This document shows, in pieces, positions 7,680 to 16,047 of a stretch of DNA of 29,717 bases. The DNA is from a virus (Duplodnaviria > Caudoviricetes). A program made the translations under genes and the position numbers. The notes below the pieces were generated by a model. That model ran no database searches and was not told the DNA's origin. It saw only the letters and a list, made by a program, of their open reading frames with translations. Where the stretch lies: the IMG/VR virus record IMGVR_UViG_3300048848_000285, positions 1-29,717 of that record. The stretch is one strand, 5' to 3'. Position 1 is the first letter of the stretch. The number at the start of each line of letters is the position of its first letter.

Positions 7680-8417
7680 ATGTCTCCAACCTTTTTCGAT
7701 CCTGACGATCCCGAACTGCAGGATCGGGTGGCGAAAGCGATTTACGATACCCAAGTGGGTGATGCGCGCGAGAGGCTCGCCAAGTTCGACTTTCAGCTGC
7801 AGCGCGTTAGAAGCGTATTTGACGTGATGCATGCTGAAACGGATCGATCAGCATCGATATTGATATTTGCCCTAGCCGAAGACTTGATGCTTCATGCGTT
7901 ACAGCACAACATGCCCGGGGAGTGCCCAGGAGGATGGAAATCGGCGACGTCGGGCAACGGAGTCCTTGCTTCCGCAAACGATCGTATCTCCATCCTCGAA
8001 CTTCTGCGATGGATAACACCGCAGTCCGGTTCGCAAATACGCCTTCTCAAAGACATACGTAACAGGTTTGCGCATCATTCAGACGTCAGCGGCTTCGGAG
8101 ATCAGAAGATCCGTGGATGGATATCAAGCATGCTTCCGCTTGAAGCGCCGATTATAGAGATGCTAGCGAAAACTGAAGAAGACAAAGCTGTCAAGCCAAA
8201 GCCCCGTGATTTATTCGTTGTAAGATCGGCGCTGGTAGTCACCCGATTAATTAGCGACTTTGCTGTGCTTCCGGCAGCACAGGCCCGGCGTGTGTCACCC
8301 AATGACGTAATAGGCGGTGGCGATTTCGACAGGCTTCCTGAAGAAATCAAAGAACTCCGTCGTATTGCCGCCGACGTCGCTCTCCGGGTTCTTGGGCCAA
8401 CAGGTTGGCGACGGTAA
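7680..8417 (+). CDS. MtlR-like / HEPN-superfamily protein
   Basis: ETDRSASILIFALAEDL and IRNRFAH (RxxxxH). Confidence 0.7.
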   Translation: MSPTFFDPDDPELQDRVAKAIYDTQVGDARERLAKFDFQLQRVRSVFDVMHAETDRSASILIFALAEDLMLHALQHNMPGECPGGWKSATSGNGVLASANDRISILELLRWITPQSGSQIRLLKDIRNRFAHHSDVSGFGDQKIRGWISSMLPLEAPIIEMLAKTEEDKAVKPKPRDLFVVRSALVVTRLISDFAVLPAAQARRVSPNDVIGGGDFDRLPEEIKELRRIAADVALRVLGPTGWRR

Positions 8418-8542
8418 GCTATGGAAGATGCGGCCGGATGAGCCCACCGGTCGCGCGCTCTGTTTGTACCGTCTAACGCGGGTGTTTTTGCGGATTTGTC
8501 AACCGGAATGGGGAATGTAAACCAGCAGCTGAAGGTGAGGGC

Positions 8543-9193
8543 TTAGGCGGCCTCCAGCTTGACGCCGACCGTATAGCCCCGGTCCTTCGAGAGGCTGTGC
8601 GAAACCTCCGCGATCAGCCAGGCCACCGCATCGATCTCCGGCCGGAAGCCAGCCGTGGTAACCCGCCGCTCGGGGTAGAGATCCGCGCGGCCGAGCGCGA
8701 GCGTCAGCTCCAGGCTGAGCGGCTGCCGGCCGGCACGCGCGCGGGCGGCGGTGGCGGCTTCGCGCGCGGTCGCCTCGCTCGGGTAGACCTTGCGCAGGCG
8801 CTTGGCGCCGTTCTTGTCGCCGACGGTGACGCTCTCGCGCTTCGCACCCTTGCGGTCGTGCCAGCTGGCGGTGATCCCGGTCGCCTCGTCGCGCTTTTCG
8901 ATGCGGAAGCGGTGGCTGTCGCCCTCCCGCCGATGAAGGGTGAGCGACGGGATCGCGCCGCCGGTGGGCGTCACGCCAGCGCCCTTGCGGCTGAAGATGA
9001 GCAGACCCTGCTTGATGGTGGCGACCGCGTCGTGCTGGCGGCCGAGGCGGCGCAGGAAGGCGAGGTCGCTCTCTCGGCTCTGCGCGAGCGCAGGTACGGC
9101 TATGGCGGCCAGCGCAGGCGCGACGCGCGCGGTGAGCCCGTTGCGGCCGGCGAGCGCGGCTAGGACAGCGCCCAGCGTGGTGTCGTGCCAGCT
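8543..9193 (-). pseudogene. 5'-truncated P2 gpD-like late control/baseplate hub protein
   Basis: Frame extends upstream of the track ORF as SWHDTTLGAVLAALAGRNGL...QSRESDLAFLRRLGRQHDAVATIKQGLLIF, then abuts unrelated sequence. Confidence 0.8.
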
Positions 9194-9398
9194 AACCGAG
9201 CTTCGACAGGTCGCCCTTCAGCGTCTTGTTCGTCAGCTCCGAGATCGCCTCGATCGGGGTCTTGCCCTCGGCGTAGAGCTTCTTCAGCGACTTCGGCAGG
9301 TCGACGCCCATCTTCTTGAACGCGCGCACGGTCGCCGGCGACGTGATCTTCTGCAGGATGTTGCCGAGGTTGGTCGCGGCGGTGGCGCTGTCGCCGGC
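9192..9398 (-). pseudogene. Internal fragment of phage tail tape-measure gene
   Basis: Hand translation AGDSATAATNLGNILQKITSPATVRAFKKMGVDLPKSLKKLYAEGKTPIEAISELTNKTLKGDLSKLG*; no start of its own. Confidence 0.7.
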
Positions 9399-9580
9399 AT
9401 TCCCGGCTTCACGTTCTCAGTATCGCCCTCGCAGATCGTCCAGACGCCGACGATGTCGCGATAGGCGACGAGGTGCTCTTTGCCGCCGCTCTCCCAGCTG
9501 GAGACGAACGGCGCGACAATCGCGGCGGCGGCAAGGCCGATCGCGGCAATGGTGCGGGTCAGGCGCGCAGGTGAGGCCGC
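9399..9580 (-). pseudogene. N-terminal fragment of GH24 (SAR-type) endolysin
   Basis: Hydrophobic TIAAIGLAAAAIVAPFV followed by WE...AYRDIVGVWTICEGDT (E/D/T triad), then truncated. Confidence 0.8.
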
Positions 9581-10670
9581 GGCCGAGCTGCACTTCTTGG
9601 GCACCAACTTCCGCACCGCCCAGGGGCGCTCGGGCAACTTCTATTTCGACGAGTTCTTCTGGGTCCACGGCTTCGAGGAGCTGAACAAGGTCGCCTCTGG
9701 TATGGCGACGCACAAGCGGTGGCGGAAAACCTATTTCTCGACGCCGTCGACCGTGGCGCACCCGGCGCATCCGTATTGGACGGGCGAGCGGCGCAACCGG
9801 CGGCGCAAGAAGGAAGACCGGATCGAGATCGACGTCGGCCACGCCGCGCTGAAGGACGGCCGGCTGTGCGAGGATAAGGTCTGGCGCCAGATCGTCACGG
9901 TGCAGGACGCGATCAGCAGTGGTTTCGACCTGGTCGACCTCGACGAGCTGCGCGACGAATATGCCGAAGACGAATTCGCCAACCTGTTCGGGTGCGTGTT
10001 CGTCGACGACAGCCTGTCCGCCTTCAAGTTCAACGACCTGGTCAAGCTGGGCTGCGACAGCCTGGTCGAATGGGAAGACTTCGACCCCGAGGCAGCGCGG
10101 CCCTATGGCAGCCGCGCCGTGTGGGCGGGCTATGATCCGCAGAACAGCGAGACCGGCGACAATGCCGCGCTGGTGATCGCGGCACCGCCAGCGTTTCCGG
10201 GCGGGCCGTTCCGGATCCTCGAGCGCCACCAGCTGCGCGGGCTCGACTTCGAGCAGCAGGCCGAGTTCATCAAGGGCATGCTGTCCCGGTACAACTGCAC
10301 GTACCTGGGCATCGACGCGACCGGCGTCGGCGCCGGCGTCTACCAGCTGCTCGCCAAGCCTGAGAGCGGGATCAAGGGCGTCACCAAGATCGAATATTCG
10401 CTCGAGGTGAAGGCCGGCATGGTGATGAAGGCGCAGAACGTCGTGCGCCGCGGGCGCCTGGCGTTCGACAGCGGCATGCTCGACATCGTGTCGTCGTTCA
10501 TCTCGATCAAGAAAACCGCGACCACCAGCGGGCGCAACATCACCTTCAAGGCCGGGCGCGGCGGCGAGGACGGCCATGCCGACGTCGCCTGGGCGACCAT
10601 GCACATCCTCATGAACGAGCCGCTGGACGGCAAGGAAAAGCCCAAGGGCTCGATGGAGATCTTCGAATGA
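9580..10670 (+). pseudogene. 5'-truncated P2 gpP-like terminase ATPase subunit
   Basis: LHFLGTNFRTAQGRSGNFYFDEFFW, FSTPS, WAGYDP, GHADVAWA; Walker A half missing; first ~33 codons of track ORF 9480..10670 are antisense endolysin. Confidence 0.85.
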
Positions 10671-11725
10671 CGAAGCGGAGCAAGGTGCGGGCGATGTCGC
10701 GCGCGGAGACGGCCCAGGCGGCGACCGGCGCGCTGGTCGCGAACGACAACGGCCGCGCGATCGACGCCTTCAGCTTCGGCGATCCGGAGCCAGTGCTCGA
10801 CCGCCGCACGATCCTCGACATGCTCGAGACGTTCGACAACGGCCGCTGGTACGAGCCGCCGGTGCCACTGGACGGGCTGGCGCGCGCCTATCGCGCCAGC
10901 CCGCACCACAGCTCGGCGATTCAGCTCAAGCGCAACCTGCTGGTGAAGTATTTTGAGCCCTCGGCGCTGCTGTCTTCCAAGGACTTCACCGCCGCGGCGC
11001 TGGACTTCCTCATTTTCGGCAACGCTTATTTCGTGCGGCGGACGAACCGCCTGGGCGGCGTGATCCGGCTCGAGCACGTGCCGGCGAAATACGTGCGCCG
11101 CGGTGTCGAGCCAGGCATGTTCTGGTGGGTGCCGAACGCGCGCGAGGCGGAGCCGTGGGCGCCGGGCGAGGTGCTCCAGATCCAGCAGCCCGACATCAAC
11201 CAGGAGCTGTACGGCGTGCCGGAATATCTGAGCGCCCTGCAGTCGGCGCTGCTGAATGAGGCGGCGACGCTGTTCCGTCGCCGCTACTACCTCAACGGCT
11301 CGCACGCGGGCTTCATCCTGTACGCGACCGGCGAGATCGACACCAAGGACACCGATGCGCTGAAGACCGCGCTCAAACAGTCGAAGGGACCGGGCAATTT
11401 CCGGAACCTGTTCGTGCATGCGCCCAACGGCAAGGAAGGCAGCATCAAGATCCTGCCGATCGCGGAGGTAGGCGCGAAAGACGAGTTCCTGAGCATCAAG
11501 AACGTGACCGCCCAGGACATGCTCGCCGCACACCGCACACCGCCGCAGGTGCTCGGGATCGTGCCGGCGCAGGGATCGAGCGGGTTCGGCAATCCGCTGC
11601 AGGCGGCCGACATGTTCTTCGACTTGGAGATCGAGCCGCTGCAGGTGTCCTTCCGTGAGGTGAACGACTGGCTGGGCCGCGAAGTCGTGACATTCCGCGA
11701 GCGCCTGCCCGCCGCGGCCGCCTGA
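10667..11725 (+). CDS. P2 gpQ-like (PBSX family) portal protein
   Basis: FSFGDPEPVLD, WYEPPV, HHSSAI, YGVPEYLSALQSALLNEAATLFRRRYYLNGSHAGFI. Confidence 0.93.
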   Translation: MTKRSKVRAMSRAETAQAATGALVANDNGRAIDAFSFGDPEPVLDRRTILDMLETFDNGRWYEPPVPLDGLARAYRASPHHSSAIQLKRNLLVKYFEPSALLSSKDFTAAALDFLIFGNAYFVRRTNRLGGVIRLEHVPAKYVRRGVEPGMFWWVPNAREAEPWAPGEVLQIQQPDINQELYGVPEYLSALQSALLNEAATLFRRRYYLNGSHAGFILYATGEIDTKDTDALKTALKQSKGPGNFRNLFVHAPNGKEGSIKILPIAEVGAKDEFLSIKNVTAQDMLAAHRTPPQVLGIVPAQGSSGFGNPLQAADMFFDLEIEPLQVSFREVNDWLGREVVTFRERLPAAAA

Positions 11726-11796
11726 CTATTTCCGGCCGGGGGTGCGGCACCGATAGCGAACGCCCGCTCTGTCTCTCACAAACGGCCTGCCCGCGC

Positions 11797-12099
11797 TCAG
11801 CACCCCGCCGCCTTTTTCACGCTAGGAACGGATCGAGCCACAGCGGCGTGCCCACGATCCGGGTTCTCACTGAAGCTCAGGAAATCGGCCGAGGGCGACT
11901 CACTTCGTTCCCGGTGTGATTCCGCGGATTTTCGGGTGCGCAGCTTGCGAGCTTCACGCAGCCCGGCGGCAAGGGCTTCCCTAGCCCAGGCGGCCGCTGC
12001 CGCGTCGGCTATCATTCTCACATTGTCGAGCGTGGCGGCGCGCGAGAGTGCTCGATGGTGTGCGCCCTGAGCGCGACAGAATGCTGACGACGGCTGCAT
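11797..12099 (-). CDS. Hypothetical protein (~100 aa)
   Basis: GAAAGG RBS-like sequence; FCRAQ...TLDNVRMIA...AAAAW...FSENPDRG resembles a small sphingomonad family (from recollection). Confidence 0.6.
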   Translation of the reverse strand: MQPSSAFCRAQGAHHRALSRAATLDNVRMIADAAAAAWAREALAAGLREARKLRTRKSAESHRERSESPSADFLSFSENPDRGHAAVARSVPSVKKAAGC

Positions 12100-12911
12100 G
12101 GCACGGCCTTTCAATGGAGACGAGGAAGGACGTCAGCCCTTTTTAGCCGGCTGCGCAGGTGGCGTGCCCTTCAGCGAGGGATTGGAAGCGTTCTGTTTTG
12201 GAGGCCCCGCCTTCTTCGGTTTGCGCGCCTCACGGTTGCCGCGCTGTTGTTCCTTAGCCATTTTCTAATCCTTGAAAACTTGGGCCAGACGGGCCCACGA
12301 AGAGGTGGTTAGTGTCGAAAAAGTGAAAGGAGCGGGCGAGATCTTGACGCCGGGCGCGGTCCGAACTGTGCGTGCGCCGATTTCTCCGTCTCTGCCGTTT
12401 GCTTGTGAGCGGCGACGCTGCGTCGCGCGAGCCGAACAAAAGGGGTGTAAGAGATGATTGGCACGAGCACGCTCCGCTTCAGAGCGGGAGCATGAAGAAC
12501 TCTCAGTCGCAACCAAGCTCAAGATGGGCGGCGCGATAAGCGAGTATATGGGGGGCCAATGGTATTGTGCTAGTCCCACGTGCGGAAAGCGCGATTAACC
12601 CGCAGCCATCATCGCTCCTATCGCTCGCGCCCATACCGGGATATCCGATGGTGTTCGTTTCGCCATCCCAAGCCTGCACCGTAAACCGGGCTTGTAGGGA
12701 AGCCGAGTTCGATAATTGCTGCGGCAGTCAAACGCCGGCTCGGCAGCTCGCGCGGAAGCGAGGCAAACTCGGGCCTAGGAGCCCCGCTGAGAGGCTCCCC
12801 ACCTCGGACGCCCAACTCTCCCGACTAGCCGGCGCGCGCATCGTCCCCCAAAGCGGCTCCAGGCCGCGCCCTGGCCGGAGGCAGGCCGACCTTCGTGACC
12901 CCAAAGAACGC

Positions 12912-12931
12912 GCTTTCCACCCCGCCTCGCC
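12912..12931 (-). other. P2-type cos-like packaging site
   Basis: Minus strand GGCGAGGCGGGGTGGAAAGC vs P2 cohesive end GGCGAGGCGGGGAAAGCAC; lies downstream of the portal gene as in P2. Confidence 0.7.
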
Positions 12932-13120
12932 CGCGAGCTTTTCGTGGCGCTTTTGATGCAACAGTAGGGAAGGGTTACGCCCTAGAAAAACTACGGTGGA
13001 CGACCGCGATCCGGCGTCGCCCAGCTGTTGCAGTTTGATGCTGCGTTTCATCCTAACCAAGCGTAGCAGTGAAGGCTAGAATGCGCCGTTGCAAGGCGTT
13101 CCTGAAGTATAGCCTGAGAG

Positions 13121-13146
13121 GCCCCGATCTCCGTAGAGATCGGGGC
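13121..13146. terminator. 11-bp GC-rich hairpin, probable terminator of the beta-helix gene
   Basis: GCCCCGATCTC-cgta-GAGATCGGGGC about 40 bp past the stop; U-tract weak. Confidence 0.5.
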
Positions 13147-13188
13147 TAGTTCATTGCGGACGCCTACTAGAAGCGGGCTGACGACTTC

Positions 13189-14565
13189 TTAGTTAGTCAC
13201 GTAGACCGGCCCGCCCGCAGCGCGGACGTAGAGGGCGCGGGTGCCGAGAGCGGCAACGGCGCTGTTGTTGTCGCCGTAGGTGGGAAGGCCATCCGGAACC
13301 CGGACGAGGCCCTCGAGCTGCGGGTTGCGCGCCCGGAAGCCAGGGGTGCCGCTGTTCGTGCCGCTCCGGAACACCGGATACGGGCTGCCGACGAGCATTG
13401 CGCCGTGACTAACGCGGAAGAGAGACGTCGGGGTGGGGCGGTTGGTGTCCGCCTCGATCAGCAGATTAGCACTGCCTGGATCGACGAAGTTATGCGCGAA
13501 TACGCCCTCCGGGACGAGCACGAGCGGAACGGTGTTATTCGCCGGCTTCAGCGTGTTCCGATCATACTTGATGTACGAGGCTTCACCACCCCTGGTGCCG
13601 AACAGAAATCCGGCCGTGGTGAAGCCGTCGATGAGATTGTCGAAAAGGCCGACTTCCATCGCGCCGCTTGCGCCGATACCTGTGGCACAGTTGCGGATGA
13701 TGTTGTCACAAACAACGATGCCGCGCGGCGTCCCGTGAATCTGGTTGATGTGGACGCCTTCACTTGACCCTTCGATCACGTTGTCCGCCACCAGGGTATA
13801 AGTGACGGTCTCGGGGAAGATGCCTACCCCGCGATTGTTGCGGCAGTGATTTCCGCGGATCGTCACACGTGCCGTAGTCGCCCCCTGAGCGCCACCCGAA
13901 TTGCTGTCCCCGTACACATCAATGCCGTTTTCGCCGTTGGAGTACACGGAGTTAGCGGAGATCATCAGGTCGATAGCCTGGCTGGACTGAATTCCGATGA
14001 AGGCATTGTCATGGACAATGCAGTTCTCAATCCAGAGATCATGCGCGAGGCTATTAGGCTGGCCTACGAGCTGAATGCCTTGGCCGAAACCATTGTACGA
14101 CGCGACCGCCTCGACACGGATACGGCTGCACGTGAGGTTGTCGAAATAACCGAAAAAGATGTTTCCGCCGTTCGCGGGCACAGGATTCACCTCGGGCGCG
14201 AAGCCGGGGATGTTGGCCCGGTTGCCGTCCACCGAGAACGCCTCGAGCGTTACGTCATCGAGGTTCTCCCCTGCGCCGATTACTCGCGCGATGGAGCCCG
14301 GGCCGGGGGCAGGGTCGTTGTCTCGGACTCGCAGGATAGTGCTGAAGCCGTCACCGATGAACTTGATGTGAGACCGCATCAACAAACAATACAGTCCTGT
14401 CACACCGGTCTTTGCCCGATAAGACAGCTTGTACGTGCCGGCCGGAACATAAACCGTCCCCCCGCCGGAGGACGCAACAGAGTCAATCGCACTCTGGATG
14501 GCGGCCGTATCATCGCTGACGTTGTCGCCTTTGGCTCCGAAGTCACGAACATTCACATACGACAT
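13189..14565 (-). CDS. Right-handed parallel beta-helix protein (pectate lyase-like superfamily)
   Basis: VNVRDFGAKGDNVSDDTAAIQSAID...GGGTVYVPAGTY N-terminus; repeated I/V-x-x-N stacks; AGGAG RBS. Confidence 0.88.
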   Translation of the reverse strand: MSYVNVRDFGAKGDNVSDDTAAIQSAIDSVASSGGGTVYVPAGTYKLSYRAKTGVTGLYCLLMRSHIKFIGDGFSTILRVRDNDPAPGPGSIARVIGAGENLDDVTLEAFSVDGNRANIPGFAPEVNPVPANGGNIFFGYFDNLTCSRIRVEAVASYNGFGQGIQLVGQPNSLAHDLWIENCIVHDNAFIGIQSSQAIDLMISANSVYSNGENGIDVYGDSNSGGAQGATTARVTIRGNHCRNNRGVGIFPETVTYTLVADNVIEGSSEGVHINQIHGTPRGIVVCDNIIRNCATGIGASGAMEVGLFDNLIDGFTTAGFLFGTRGGEASYIKYDRNTLKPANNTVPLVLVPEGVFAHNFVDPGSANLLIEADTNRPTPTSLFRVSHGAMLVGSPYPVFRSGTNSGTPGFRARNPQLEGLVRVPDGLPTYGDNNSAVAALGTRALYVRAAGGPVYVTN

Positions 14566-15190
14566 GAAGTGTACTCCTATATACGCCGCGTGCCTAAGCC
14601 CACTGCGTTGCTCAAGACGGGGCTAAAGCGCTCCGCCTTGAGGAACAAAAGCGGAACAAATCCAACATTGCAAATCCTATTTTGCCTTCTCGCGCAAAAG
14701 GCTCGTGGCAAAGCAGGCTGGACTATACGGTCTTCGAGAAAGTTCTTCTGATGATTGGGCGGTAGAGCGGGAGGACTTCGGAAGGGCGGGCGGAAACGTC
14801 GATCAGCGTCGCACTGCCTCAAGATTGTGCTGGCCTCGGGTGATCCGACTCGGCACGGCTGGGCTAAGCCGCCTGGTGCTGCGCAGAGGTAAGGCCTTGG
14901 AAGGGTGCGAACTCCGCCATCGGCCAGCGTGAAGCACATCGTTCGCATGTAGGAAAGGCGTGGATCTGCGAGCTTGATCGGTCCGCAGGACGCTGCCCGA
15001 TCGTGCCCTTCGCGCGGATACGGCGTTCGGAGTTTTTCGGCACGGGTCGTGCTTGCTGCCCTCCGGCAGCCCGTGGCGGCGCAAGCCGCCGCGCTCCGAC
15101 CGCCGGTCTTGGTGGTCGGCTAGGTTGGTTCGTTCGTTCCCACGTCGCGGAACCGACAAGCTGCGCATGCCGCAGGCGTTCCTCTCGTAC

Positions 15191-15898
15191 TTAGATCTCT
15201 TCTGCCGGATTCTGGCCGCCTGGCGGATTCGCGCTATCGACAAAAGAAAGGGACATGCGGGCGAGCGTTTCACGCAGCCCTGTATTCTCAATGGTGGCAC
15301 GGACGCGATCGGGCAGGGGAAGGCTGTCGATCATCCGCCGGAACTCCGCGCGAGCCGACTCGGCTCGCCACGTGGCGTCATGCGGAGTTGGAGCGGTCCG
15401 TCCCAACAGCCGCTTGACGAACTCGGCAGCGGCCTTTGGGAGCGAGAACCAGTAGGCGTTCGGGATCTGCTCGACCTGGGGGCCGGAGCCTTCGTTCTCG
15501 ACCGGTTGCGTGCGTCGTATCCAATTGAGGAAGCCGTGCCTCTTCAGATTGGCGAGTGCGTCGCAAACGGCAGAGCGGGACCGACCGATGGACCGGCGGA
15601 TGTAGTCGATCGAGGGTTCGAGTCGCCCGGTCTTGTAGTCCGCAATTCGATAGAGCTGGCGCAGGACCTCAAGGCCGACATGGCCAAGGGGACCATTTCG
15701 CTTGCCGGCTTCCCGATTGTCCCGATCGTACTCCTCGGCCGCACGCAGCCGTGCGCCGATCTCGCGCTTGTCGATGGCGCGCCAGATGCGTCGCTCGCGC
15801 TCGCCGCGGTGGTAGCTCTTGCGGCGGACAGGCTGGAACGTGCGCTGGCCTTTGGTGGTCGTGCCCCGCACGACGTCATGGAAAGAGCGCGCCATCAC
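15191..15898 (-). CDS. HTH-type replication initiator (plasmid RepA-like)
   Basis: TGRLEPSIDYIRRSIGRSRSAVCDALANLKRHGFLNWIRR...VEQIPNAY winged-helix pattern. Confidence 0.65.
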   Translation of the reverse strand: MMARSFHDVVRGTTTKGQRTFQPVRRKSYHRGERERRIWRAIDKREIGARLRAAEEYDRDNREAGKRNGPLGHVGLEVLRQLYRIADYKTGRLEPSIDYIRRSIGRSRSAVCDALANLKRHGFLNWIRRTQPVENEGSGPQVEQIPNAYWFSLPKAAAEFVKRLLGRTAPTPHDATWRAESARAEFRRMIDSLPLPDRVRATIENTGLRETLARMSLSFVDSANPPGGQNPAEEI

Positions 15899-15926
15899 CG
15901 CGTCACCACGGTTGGAAAAGGGCTCG

Positions 15927-15995
15927 TAAGTGTTTGATCTAGCACGGTGACGATTTTCTCGGTTTGAGAAAATCTGCGAGAAAATCAGAGCTTTA
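15927..15995. promoter_or_regulatory. att arm region: three GAGAAAATC copies and two IHF-like boxes
   Basis: GATTTTCTC 15952-15960 (inverted), GAGAAAATC 15966-15974 and 15978-15986; AATCAGAGCTTTA 15983-15995 and minus-strand ATCAAACACTTA 15927-15938 fit or nearly fit WATCARNNNNTTR. Confidence 0.55.
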
Positions 15996-15999
15996 GTTG

Positions 16000-16047
16000 G
16001 GAATCATAATCCGCGTGTCGGGGGTTCAAGTCCCTCCTCCGCTACCA
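16000..16047 (+). tRNA. 3' half of tRNA-Met(CAT), att duplication (not a full tRNA)
   Basis: GGAATCATAATCCGCGTGTCGGGGGTTCAAGTCCCTCCTCCGCTACCA: CAT anticodon loop, T-arm and CCA; no D-arm or 5' acceptor strand upstream. Confidence 0.88.

Larger units (their letters stand above)
1..16047. mobile_element. Defective (heavily deleted) P2-like prophage integrated at tRNA-Met; left boundary lies outside the window
   Basis: Integrase, xis-like, ogr, cII-like, cro/cI, gpD/tape measure/endolysin/terminase fragments, portal, cos-like site and rep, ending at a tRNA 3' fragment. Confidence 0.85.

Noticed and set aside
9284-9637. 117-aa ORF as an intact endolysin
   Set aside because: Only the middle is lysozyme-like; the flanks are antisense terminase and out-of-frame tape measure
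9480-10670. 396-aa ORF as an intact terminase
   Set aside because: Chimeric start and no N-terminal/Walker A half
12120-13060. Short overlapping ORFs around cos
   Set aside because: No recognisable motifs or RBS; typical GC-rich spurious frames
14577-15190. ORFs or a replication origin between the beta-helix gene and rep
   Set aside because: No convincing protein motif and no clear iteron array seen
15960-16047. Full-length tRNA gene
   Set aside because: Upstream sequence cannot form the D-arm or pair with the acceptor stem
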